Virus record (IMG/VR): IMGVR_UViG_3300032291_001597
Location: 68,625 to 132,624 of that record
From: a virus
Length of the DNA: 64,000 nucleotides
Reading direction: 5' to 3' (one strand)
Within the stretch, counting starts at the first letter, position 1. The number at the start of each line of letters is the position of its first letter. The notes under the pieces were generated by a model that made no database searches, was not told the origin of the DNA, and saw only the letters and a program-made list of their open reading frames with translations. This document shows positions 7,766-17,800 of the stretch, in pieces. A program made the position numbers and the translations under genes.

Positions 7766-8275
7766 ATGGACCGCCAATACGCACGTGAGCAAAAACTACC
7801 TCCCGAAGAGGCAAAAACTCTCCAAGAGATGAGCAAGAAGCAACGAGCCGAGCGTGCTAAGCAGTTGTTCGAGCGTGGATGGACCCTCCAAGCGATTGGG
7901 GATGCCTTCACTCCTCCGATTCGACGCTCCACCATTCAGTATTGGGTCAAAAATGCAAAATCGTCGACGCCCCTATTTCCAGTGCCATCACCTTGGGGTG
8001 ACGAACCAGATTCTGAGGCTAGACCTCGTGGTTATTTACGTAAAACCGCTATTTCGCCTGGTATCTCGCCTGAAAACCAAGAACGTCTAGCACATTTGGC
8101 TCCGCTCGCACGTTTGTATCGAAGTGGGATGTCGTCGACGTCCCTATCGGCTCAAGCAAACGAGGAATTCAACCAATTGATACAGGACCTATACAATGAG
8201 GATGTAAAGATTGCTGAAATCGCAAAAGCATCGAACGTTACGAACCGAGCGATTGCTCGCAGATTGGGAAAATAG
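7766..8275 (+). CDS. Tandem HTH DNA-binding protein, paralogue of 3940-4485
   Basis: GWTLQAIGDAF...RRSTIQYW and VKIAEIAKASNVTNRAIARRL; extended -10 TGcTAAAAT at 7748-7756. Confidence 0.8.
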   Translation: MDRQYAREQKLPPEEAKTLQEMSKKQRAERAKQLFERGWTLQAIGDAFTPPIRRSTIQYWVKNAKSSTPLFPVPSPWGDEPDSEARPRGYLRKTAISPGISPENQERLAHLAPLARLYRSGMSSTSLSAQANEEFNQLIQDLYNEDVKIAEIAKASNVTNRAIARRLGK

Positions 8276-8278
8276 CAA

Positions 8279-8641
8279 ATGAAGATAGAACACGACATAT
8301 TTCCTGCCCACGCTTCGGTTGCTTCCGCCTCTTACGTCGGTGAACTCAAAGCGCATCCGCCAGTTGACGGAACTGCCTACATTCAGACGTCCAGAGTTAT
8401 AGTTTTCGCAACAGAGGACGCTCAGGTTCTGATGATTGCCCAAGACACGCCCGATGGTGCTCAGGTTGTTTTCCAAGAACGTATTGCCGAGTTTGATATC
8501 GACGACGTCCAGTATTTTGGAACTACCGATTCTGGCAAACGCTTTGCTTTCAAGAAGGACACGAACTGCGGTTGTGGTTCACGTTTACGTTCTTGGAATC
8601 CCTACAAAACTCTTTCATCTATTAAGGACCCGACTTTCTAA
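8279..8641 (+). CDS. Hypothetical protein with C-terminal NCGCGSRL motif
   Basis: Tightly packed ORF in the operon. Confidence 0.75.
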   Translation: MKIEHDIFPAHASVASASYVGELKAHPPVDGTAYIQTSRVIVFATEDAQVLMIAQDTPDGAQVVFQERIAEFDIDDVQYFGTTDSGKRFAFKKDTNCGCGSRLRSWNPYKTLSSIKDPTF

Positions 8642-8931
8642 TGCCTATTGACTTATTTACGTTTACGATTCTTGCTCTGGCGACGTTCAGAATCTCGCGC
8701 CTGTTCACTACCGACGTCATTTTTGAGGGATTGCGTGAGCGGGTGTGGAAGAAGTATCCACCAAGCACGAAACTCGGTTACTTGTTTACCTGTAACTGGT
8801 GCATGAGCATTTGGGTGGCATCACTGCTCACTATTTGCTATACAATAATAACTACAGCAACTGTGGTCGTTGCCATACCTTTCGCATTATCCGCGGTTGC
8901 TGGCCTCATAGCCGCACGTTTAGACCACTAA
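8641..8931 (+). CDS. DUF1360-like membrane protein
   Basis: LATFRISRLFTTDVIF...LFTCNWCMSIWVA pattern; located just before the portal. Confidence 0.8.
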   Translation: MPIDLFTFTILALATFRISRLFTTDVIFEGLRERVWKKYPPSTKLGYLFTCNWCMSIWVASLLTICYTIITTATVVVAIPFALSAVAGLIAARLDH

Positions 8932-8959
8932 CGTTCCGTTAGACGACAGGAGACCCACG

Positions 8960-10723
8960 TTGGGCATCTTTAGGCGAGAAGACCAGTCTTCTTCAAATCC
9001 GAAGCCTTCTCAAGGTATTCGCGCATCTGCCCCGAAGTCTTCGAGCGCACCCAGTTCTTCTACTCCAGTTTTTCTTCCTGCCAACGTCAACGCGGCTTCG
9101 CCTGTTGCGTATAACGCTCCCCGACCTATCACCGCTGCTGCTACTCAGGTAAAGATGGGCGACCGCGCTGAAGCGGATATGTTCAAGCAACGTCGCAACG
9201 CTGGCTCTTCTATGTGGCAGAGCGAGGCGTGGGAGTATTACGACGCAATCGGTGAAATCAAATACGCTTTCAACCTTGTAGCGTCTGTTGTTTCGCGTAT
9301 TCGTCTTTATCCAGCGGTTGTCTCTGACCCTTCCGAGGCTCCTAGTCCTATTCGTAACGTTGAAGAGTATGACCAGCGTTTAGTTGCCGCAGCCGAGCGT
9401 GCGATTGCTCGTTTGGACAGCGCGTATGGTGGTCAGGCAGGTCTGCTCAAGGACGCTGCTCTGAACCTTCAGGTTACTGGCGAGTGCTATTTGACTCAGG
9501 TGCCTGAGCGTATCGGCTCTGGACTTCCAGAGTCTTGGGACATCCGTTCGGTTGATGAAATCAACACTGACGCTAAGGGTAACTACATCATCACTCCACG
9601 TCGCGAGTTAAAGATTGGTGCTGCTACTTCGGGTAAGCCTGGAGTTATCGGTCTACCTAAGGGCGCTTTCATTGGTCGCATTTGGCGTGCCCACCCACGC
9701 TTTTCTGAAGAGGCGGATTCGTCACTACGTGGTGTTCTCGACCTCTGCTCTGAGTTGCTACTTCTAAACCGCACTTTCCGTGCTACCGCACGTTCACGTC
9801 TAAACGCTGGTGCTCTTTACTTGCCAGATGGTTTGTCTGTTGCTGCGACGCCTGACCCAGACTATCCGTATGATGACGCCGATGGCATCTATTCGGAACC
9901 TACTCCAGAGGAAGTAGAAGACGAGTTTGAGGACCAACTAATCGACGCGATGACTACTCCTATCAAGGATGAGGATTCTGCGAGCGCCGTTGTTCCACTT
10001 ATCATTCGTGGTCCTGCCGAACTTGGTGACAAGATTAAGCAGTTCAAGTTTGAGCGTTCATTCGACCCTGCCCTTGCCGCGCGTTCTGACCGTGTGCTTG
10101 AGCGCATTATGCAGGGCATCGACGTCCCTAAGGACATCGTTACTGGTTTGGCTAACGTCAAGTATTCGAACGCACTTCAGATTGACGAGTCGCTTTACAA
10201 GGCACACATCGAGCCAATGATGTTGCTAATTGCTGACGCTCTTACTGTTGTTTACTTGCGCCCTTACCTTTTGGCTAATGGCTTCACCGAGGCAGACGTC
10301 GACCGCATTGTTGTTTGGTATGACCCGTCTCTAGTTGCTACTCGTAACGACCGCGCAGCAGATGCTGACTCTGGTTTCGAGAAGATGGCTATTTCGTTCG
10401 AGACTTGGAGACGTGCTCACGGCTTTGCCGAGGCAGAGGCTCCTAGCCCGACCGAAGTTGCTCTACGTCTGCTCGTAGAGAAGGGAATGATTACCCCAGA
10501 ACTAACTGAGGCAATGCTTGGCGTTGTTGCCCCAGATGTTATGGAGAAGATTCGTAGCGCTGCTCAGGCTGCGAATCCCGCTCCGCTTCCTGAAGGTCTA
10601 GACCAGATGCTTCAGGGTGCTCCAGTAGGTGGCGAGGCCCCAGCCCCAGCACCAGAAGCGCCAGTTGAAGAGGCTCCTCCAGTATTGGCAGAGCCAACCC
10701 CGCCAACCGAGACTGAAATCTAA
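8960..10723 (+). CDS. Portal protein
   Basis: WQSEAWEYYDAIGEIKY...SRIRLY motif typical of actinophage portals; size; position before head genes; Pro/Glu-rich tail; SD AGGAG with TTG start. Confidence 0.85.
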   Translation: MGIFRREDQSSSNPKPSQGIRASAPKSSSAPSSSTPVFLPANVNAASPVAYNAPRPITAAATQVKMGDRAEADMFKQRRNAGSSMWQSEAWEYYDAIGEIKYAFNLVASVVSRIRLYPAVVSDPSEAPSPIRNVEEYDQRLVAAAERAIARLDSAYGGQAGLLKDAALNLQVTGECYLTQVPERIGSGLPESWDIRSVDEINTDAKGNYIITPRRELKIGAATSGKPGVIGLPKGAFIGRIWRAHPRFSEEADSSLRGVLDLCSELLLLNRTFRATARSRLNAGALYLPDGLSVAATPDPDYPYDDADGIYSEPTPEEVEDEFEDQLIDAMTTPIKDEDSASAVVPLIIRGPAELGDKIKQFKFERSFDPALAARSDRVLERIMQGIDVPKDIVTGLANVKYSNALQIDESLYKAHIEPMMLLIADALTVVYLRPYLLANGFTEADVDRIVVWYDPSLVATRNDRAADADSGFEKMAISFETWRRAHGFAEAEAPSPTEVALRLLVEKGMITPELTEAMLGVVAPDVMEKIRSAAQAANPAPLPEGLDQMLQGAPVGGEAPAPAPEAPVEEAPPVLAEPTPPTETEI

Positions 10724-10731
10724 GGAAGAAA

Positions 10732-11229
10732 ATGTATAATCACTCACACGGCACCTCTGGAAAGCAGGAACTGGCAATGAAGTTGTCAGTTATTTTGGCT
10801 GACGTTGTTGCTTATCGCGCACTGGCTCACGGATTCCACTGGAACGTCAAAGGACCTGAGTTTATTCAGTTCCACGAGTTCTTTGCGACTCTTTATGAAG
10901 ATGCTGACTCAAGCATTGACCCGCTAGCGGAGAACATTCGCAAGTTGGGCTACGACGCTCCAGTTACTCTTGAAGACTTCGTAAGTCTGTCTTGCGTTCA
11001 GGGCAAAACTTCTACTGGTAGCCCTATGGAGATGTCTACCATTCTTTACGAAGTCAATCAGCACATCCGTGGCTGCTTGCTAGACGGTTTCCGTTTGGCA
11101 GACGAGTGTGACCAGCAGGGTATCGCTGATTTCCTAGCAGGTCGTATTGACATGCACGACAAGTGGATTTGGCAGTTGGGCACCACCATTGGAGCAGACG
11201 CCACCACTATTCAAACTCTGATTCAGTAG
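10732..11229 (+). CDS. dps: Dps/ferritin-like DNA-protecting protein
   Basis: HGFHWNVKGPEFIQFHEFF...IDPLAENIRKLG with ferroxidase H/H/D/E residues. Confidence 0.92.
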   Translation: MYNHSHGTSGKQELAMKLSVILADVVAYRALAHGFHWNVKGPEFIQFHEFFATLYEDADSSIDPLAENIRKLGYDAPVTLEDFVSLSCVQGKTSTGSPMEMSTILYEVNQHIRGCLLDGFRLADECDQQGIADFLAGRIDMHDKWIWQLGTTIGADATTIQTLIQ

Positions 11230-11236
11230 GAGCATC

Positions 11237-11821
11237 ATGGAACACCAAGAGCCTAGGGAGTTCATTAACGAGATGATTGAGTCTGGTAATGAACCAGCCA
11301 TTCCATCTATTTACACTGACAAGCCTACTTTCTCTATTGGTGACGAGATTCAGTCGCTAGTTGCTTCTGTCAACAGGACTATTCCTATTCGACGTCAGGT
11401 CCCTATTTACGATGCTCTAGCCGTTGCTGGGCGCTCGCTGGCTAGGACCGTTAGGGAATTCACTAACCCCAGCAAGCGTGCTTTCGCTGCTCTGCGCGAG
11501 GTCTCGGACTTTGTGAACACCGCTGTCAGTGGCAAACCTACTCGCATCGGCATCGAGCACTATGACTTGTTGCCTATCGGTCACCCACTCTCTACTAAAG
11601 AGGTAGAGATTTCTGCTCAGGATAGGCGAGAGTTTGAGGCAGATTGGTTTGCTGCTGACCCTAGAATTTCTGAAGAATACAGACCTGTTGTTGCTTCGGC
11701 TTATTTATCCGCACCAGATAGCGTAGAAAGAAAATACGCATTGGCTCACTTAGAGGCTTTAGGCTATGAAGACATTCCTATGGAAGTAGTTGTGGCATTA
11801 CTCGACGACAATGAAATCTAA
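11237..11821 (+). CDS. Hypothetical head-module protein
   Basis: SD AGGAG; between dps and the giant ORF; contains LVAS and VVAS motifs. Confidence 0.8.
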   Translation: MEHQEPREFINEMIESGNEPAIPSIYTDKPTFSIGDEIQSLVASVNRTIPIRRQVPIYDALAVAGRSLARTVREFTNPSKRAFAALREVSDFVNTAVSGKPTRIGIEHYDLLPIGHPLSTKEVEISAQDRREFEADWFAADPRISEEYRPVVASAYLSAPDSVERKYALAHLEALGYEDIPMEVVVALLDDNEI

Positions 11822-11824
11822 TAT

Positions 11825-14800
11825 ATGGCAATCAATCCGTACGCAGGAGAGAACTCGTTTCTTGCTCGTTCTGCAAGAGCGAAACGTCAGCGACGCGACC
11901 GCAAGGGTCGCTTTGCTTGGATGGGTGGCGCTGCCCGCTTCTTTCTAGCGGTCGAGGGTGTTGGCAAGGGTTTATCTATTCCAAGTCGCTTTGCTGGCTA
12001 TGACAAAAAATCTGACTCTTTTGATTTGGAACTTCAGGATGCTGAAGATATTGCCAAGTACGGAAAACTTGTCCGCGTTCCTGCCTCCAAGGTAGAGGGT
12101 CTCAAGGCTTATCTAAATCTTCCTAGCCTCGGCAAGCGAACCCCCACTAACGTTGAGAGCGACGTTCTTGTTAGCCCAGATGAAATAAAAAAGATTGATG
12201 CCCCTTCTGGTTGGAACCTTACTAAGACCGAAAATGGCGTCGAGTTTTATGAGTCTGAAGATGGTTGGATAGCAGAAAAGTATTCGAATTTAGATGCTTA
12301 CAAAAAGTCTGGAAAGTCCCCCAACAAGTTCAAGGGTTCTGGCGTAAACGGCGTTCCGCAATCTAGTCAGCCCGTTTATCACGTTTATCGCAATCCTAAG
12401 GCAGATGCCTTGATGTATGACGATTCTGTAAGGTTCGGAGACGTTTCTGTCGCTGCTCAGACTTGGGGCGACACTCAAGCCGTTGTCGAGAAGTTGGCTA
12501 GAAGAAAGTCCGACTCTTTCAAGTCTAATTTGTCTTCTCTGCGTGCTTTGCCTTCGGCTTGGACTGACTATGACCCCTCTAGTCGTGGCTTGTTTAGTGA
12601 CACTAAGTGGACGCTGTACAAGTATGAGTCTGGTAAGACCCCGACCCCCGCAAGAATTATGAAGATGTCTTCAATTCAGCGTAATAATTTATATAAGAAA
12701 CTTAGCGAAAACCTTCGCAATCCCGAAGCGACCGCTAATTGGTATAAAGATGACCGAACCCTGAGAACCTCTTTCCAAGTACGTCAGATGCCCGTGAATA
12801 GCGCAGATGCTAGGACGGCTTTGAACAAGGCTCGCGTTGAAGGCAAGAAAATACAGACTTTTGATGGGACCAGTAAGTTGGACCCGAAGGAAGACGTTCT
12901 AGAACTTAGTTACTACAAGACAGATGGCAGTGAACCGATTGCTTACTTCCAAGACTGGGAAGATTTAGAGGATTGGATTGAGGAAGAACGCTTTTCCGCT
13001 AAGGAAAAACTTAAAAAAGAGCAAGAAGCCGCTAAAAATCTAGAGCCTATGCCCAGAAGGGCTATGGAACTCCCAGATAGAAGCGATAGCGACATAATTC
13101 AGGACTTGGAGCCTGTTTCTACGCCTGCTATCTCTAAATCTTCTTTCTTCAAGACTGAAAATTCAGATTTTGAAGGCGTTGCCAGTGAAAAAGCAGATAA
13201 TCCTCGCTCTAGTAAATACATTGACGGTCCAGATGTTGTAAACGAGATAATGAATGAGGCTGCCAAGGTTGCTTTTGAGCAGGGCAGGTTCCCGATTCCT
13301 AGAAAAGGAGGTATCTCCACCTCCGCAGACGGCAAGTTTTTGGCTCCCGACGTCAAGATTGCGTTACAACGCCAATACAAGCGTGTTTTTGACTATTTGA
13401 AGGAGTCAAATCCAGACTTTATGGCGAACTATGACACTTTTGATAAGTTTTGGGCTGATGTAGATAAAAATAGCGTTAGTACGTCTACTCCTTTTGGCGA
13501 TGGACCAGAAAGTGAGTTCCGTCAGACTGTAAATAAGGCATACGCTAAAGAAATACTTGGGCTAGATGAAGACGGATTCATTGAAGTTTATCGAAACTCG
13601 ATTCGTGGTGGTAGTAGAGAAGGTCAGTCTGAAGTAGACGCGGCCGCAGGATACTCGTCGCTCGACAAAAATATGGCTTGGGACTACCAAAGCCAAGCCA
13701 CTGGAGATGGCCCGTTCTCTGGACGTTACTCAATCAAGGTAAAGCCTGAAGAGTATGGCGGAATGATTGGTCATAGCGGTGGTTTGGATGAATTTGGCGT
13801 AGTTCTAGGTAAAAACGTGACCAGTATCGATGGTCGCATAGAAAAGCACGGAAAATTAGAGACTTTACCGATTTTAGATGGAGTAACTTTCGGTGCTAGG
13901 GGCACTGGCGGCGGCCCATACAGATTTTTCAATGAAGGTTTTAGGTTTATTAAGCCAGCGGGCGAGTTTGATTACACAAGTTTTGACGACCTTATTGCCC
14001 GCGCTGGTGGAAAAGACAAAGTTAGAGCCAAGATTTCTGAATTCTGGCCTAATACCACTTTTGACAGAGTAGAAAAAGATTCTTTTGGTTTGAATGGCAG
14101 TTCTTTCGAGAAATACATAACAAAACTTCCTAACGGCAAGGCTATTTTTAATCCAGCATCCTTGACTTTGACCGAGTCTGGTTTCGGCGCTGAAGGTATT
14201 GACCAGAGGGGTGACCGAATGGACAACGTTCTAAAGGGAGCGTTGGCTTTCCAAGAATTAACTGGTCAAAAAATTATTGAGTGGCGTCGCGGTGGGAATC
14301 CATTTACCGATAAGAAGGCTTCTACAGCCCCAGAGACGACTGCAACTACCGAGAGGGCAGGAATTAGAGACCTATCTGGTTTCAAGCCCACAGGAGGTCC
14401 TCTAGGGTCTAATGAAGGTGGCACCTACGAAGATGCTAACGGCAACAAAATCTATGTCAAGAAGCCGAGAACAAAACTTCACGGAGAGAACGAAGTTCTT
14501 GCTTCGATGCTTTATGAACGCTTAGGTGTCAACACAGCGAAAATTCGTTTTGGACGTTTAGAAGATGGCACTGAGGTAACTTACTCAGAGTGGATTGACT
14601 CTAAGAAAGATTTGCGACAAAGGCTGAGCGACCCAGAGTATGTCCAGAAGATTCAAGAAGGCTTCGGTGTGGATGCTTGGCTTGCCAACTGGGACGTCGC
14701 TGGTGGCGCGTTAGACAACATCGTCACTGACAATAACGGTGACCCTGTTCGCGTTGACCCAGGTGGTGCTCTTTGGTTCCGCGCTCGCGGTGAAGCGAAG

Positions 14801-17800
14801 GGTGATGCTTTCGGCGAAAAGGTTGGAGAACTAGACACTCTTACTGACGGAAGCAATCCTCAGTCGAAGTTAGTTTTTGGAAGTATGACTAACGACGAGA
14901 AGCGCGACGCTGTCTCGGACCTTATAAATATTTCTCCTGACGAAATCGAGAGACTAGTAAATCAAAATATCTCTGACCGTGGCGTTGCCCAGAAAATGTC
15001 AGAGACTCTTATTGCTAGAAGAAAGAACGCTCTAGATAGATTTGGTATATCTGATTCAGTTCCTTTGGCTACCCCTAGACAAGCACCTTTGTTTGGTCCG
15101 AGAAGAGAGCCGAGACATCGCAAGCGTAGAATCAGTGGATACAAATACTTAGTTGACCGCCGTGGCGTCCACTACCCAAGCAAGCCTCTAAGTGCTCAGG
15201 ACTATTCTGACCTTAGGGCAGGTAGAGCGATGCCTAAGCATCTGCCTTTTGCTTTTGCTCCTACTAAAAATGGAAACGTTCACTACCTAGATAGCAACGG
15301 CAAACTCCACTGGGGGCAGTACGGCGCTGCTGGCGCTTTGCTACGTCGCAAGAACCCTGAAGGTGACTACGAGTATCTGATGATTCAGAGAGGTAGAACT
15401 TCTACTGGACCTGGTAGGTGGTCATCGCCCGGCGGAGCACACGACAGTTTTGACGATTCTCAGAACCCAGAAATTACGGCGAAGCGAGAATTGCAAGAGG
15501 AAGTCGGGTTGAACCTCGAAGACAGAATTCCTTCTTTTGTTTTGAGAAAAGAAGACGCCCCCGACTGGGCCTACAACATGATTGTTTATGACGTTGAGTT
15601 TGGAGAGTTTGACAGAATTGCGTTGGAGCGCGACAAAAAAGGCAGGTTAGTTGGAGATGCCATCGACGCTACTTGGCTAGACATTGATGAAATCAGATAC
15701 ATGAAAGACCGCGGGATGCTTCACGATGGCTTCTCTTCTGACTTGATAGAACAAATCAACGAAGACAACGTCGGGGCTGGAACGATTGAGTTGATTTCTC
15801 CTATTCGTTATGCAAGAAGTAGAGTTCCTCAAGATTTGGGCGTTGAGTTAGTTCCAGCAACTATGGACAACAACAGAGTAAAAGCGCCTTCTAAGCCTTT
15901 TACTGGTTCTGTAGAGCGCGAGTTGGACGGGCTTACTAAGCAGGAAGCCATCGAAAAACTTAGAGGTATGGAAATATCTTTCATCGACTTCGAAACCAAC
16001 GGTATCGACGACTTCGATGGTGACTTGAATGGAAACAGACCAGTTCAGGTAGGTATAGTAAAAGTCAAAGACGGCAAAGTCATAGACAGACTAAACGTTT
16101 ATATGAATCCAGGTGCTCCGCTTGGAGAGTGGTCTAGTAAAAACTTGCAGAGAGATGTAGTTGCCCCTGATGGCAGTAGAACTCCCACTTTAGTTACTGA
16201 CGCATGGTTGAAGAAACAAATTAGCCAAGATGATGCTCTAAAGCAGATAACTGATTTTATGGGCGAGAACCCTATCGTTGGCGGTCAAAACGTTTTGTTT
16301 GACTTAGAGATTCTTGACCGAATGGCTGGCAACGCTGGTTCCGATTACAAGGTTTCTGGAACTGTTGATTCAATGACTTTGGCTGAATATTTATTGCCTA
16401 GATACGACTCGACTAAGGGAGTGGACGGACCTAAAAAGAAGAACGCCGACGGCACTTTTACTCCAAGTTATAGTTTGGGCACAATCACTCAGTTCCTAGG
16501 ATTTGAACCAACTAAATGGCACAGCGCAGACGGCGACGCCGAAGACTCGGCTTCTATGCTTTCTAAGATGCTCGAGCGAGCCGAGAATGACGACTCGATT
16601 GGTAATGACGCTTTCAACTCGGATTTGAATACAGAACGTTATCGCGATGGACTAGAGAAATATAAAGCCGCCACTGACCCAGCCAGTCCTTCTACTATAA
16701 AGCAGAACGAGGGTTTGGAAAAGATTTTGGCTAAGTACCCAGCCTCTCCAGAAAAAACAGAAGCACTTAGAGCAGACGTAGGGATTGCCACTAGAGGTGG
16801 CGCTACTGAAATTATGCAGGAGTATGTAGAGGCTGAAGAGGCAAAGAGAAGGCGCTACGATAACGACCCAGAACTAGACCAGATTAAGAGGGAAGTGTTT
16901 GGCTTGGCTGTAGGTCTGCCGACTGACACCAATGACTCGTCTAATCCTTATCTGCAGGGTCCTATACGTGACTTAGGTATTGAACTCTTTCCTAACCTAA
17001 GCCCATCAGAGAGACCAGAACTAGTTCAGGCAACACCCGAGTGGAAAGAACTGAATAAAAAAGTCACGGCTGCTGGCGCTGTACTAGGCAAAAAAGTCAG
17101 GGATGCTGTAACTGCCGAGCACAAAGAAAACTACGGAACTGACCCGTATCAAGAACTCGAGTCGTTAGATAAAAAAGTTTTAGATGCTAAAGACTTTTAC
17201 TATAAGAAACTAAAAAACTCTAAAGCAATCTTTGCTAGATGGCGTAGTGGCTGGTTGGCTAGAAATCGCAATAACGTTGAAACCGTGTCTGCCCAACTGC
17301 TTGCTGAAATGAATAGAAACGAAACACCAAACGACACTAATGCATTGGGACGTTCACCTGAAATTTATGATGAACTACTAAACATCAAGGCTAGTTCTGC
17401 CAATGACCAAGAGGCGTTAGCCAAAATTTTTGAAGTTTTTGTTCAGAGCAAGGTCTCTGATGAAAAAATATTTCTTTCGCTAAGGCAGGGGGCTAGAAGT
17501 GGAGGTATTAGACCTGGAACCCCAGACCACAACGATTGGCTGGCTCTTTCTGAGGTCTCTATGGCTAGGAACAAACTGGATGGACTAAAAACAAAGCAGT
17601 CAGATTTGGCAACTAGGGTATCGACTTTACAGGCTATAGAGACTAGAAGACTACTGAGCGCGTTGGGCGTGGAGTTCAATCACGGTGTCCAGATAGAAGC
17701 CCAGTTCGGAAGACCCGGTCAGGTTTTGGCTACTTTCAATCCAGCCACTGAAAAGTGGGAAAAAACATTTTCTCCACTGGATGAAGATAGACAAGAGATG

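Noticed and set aside
16010-16024. DFDGD in giant 1, suggesting a virion multi-subunit RNA polymerase active site
   Set aside because: It lacks the NA prefix (reads IDDFDGD) and lies in the loop right after the DEDDh ExoI motif; no other RNAP motifs were recognised in either giant.
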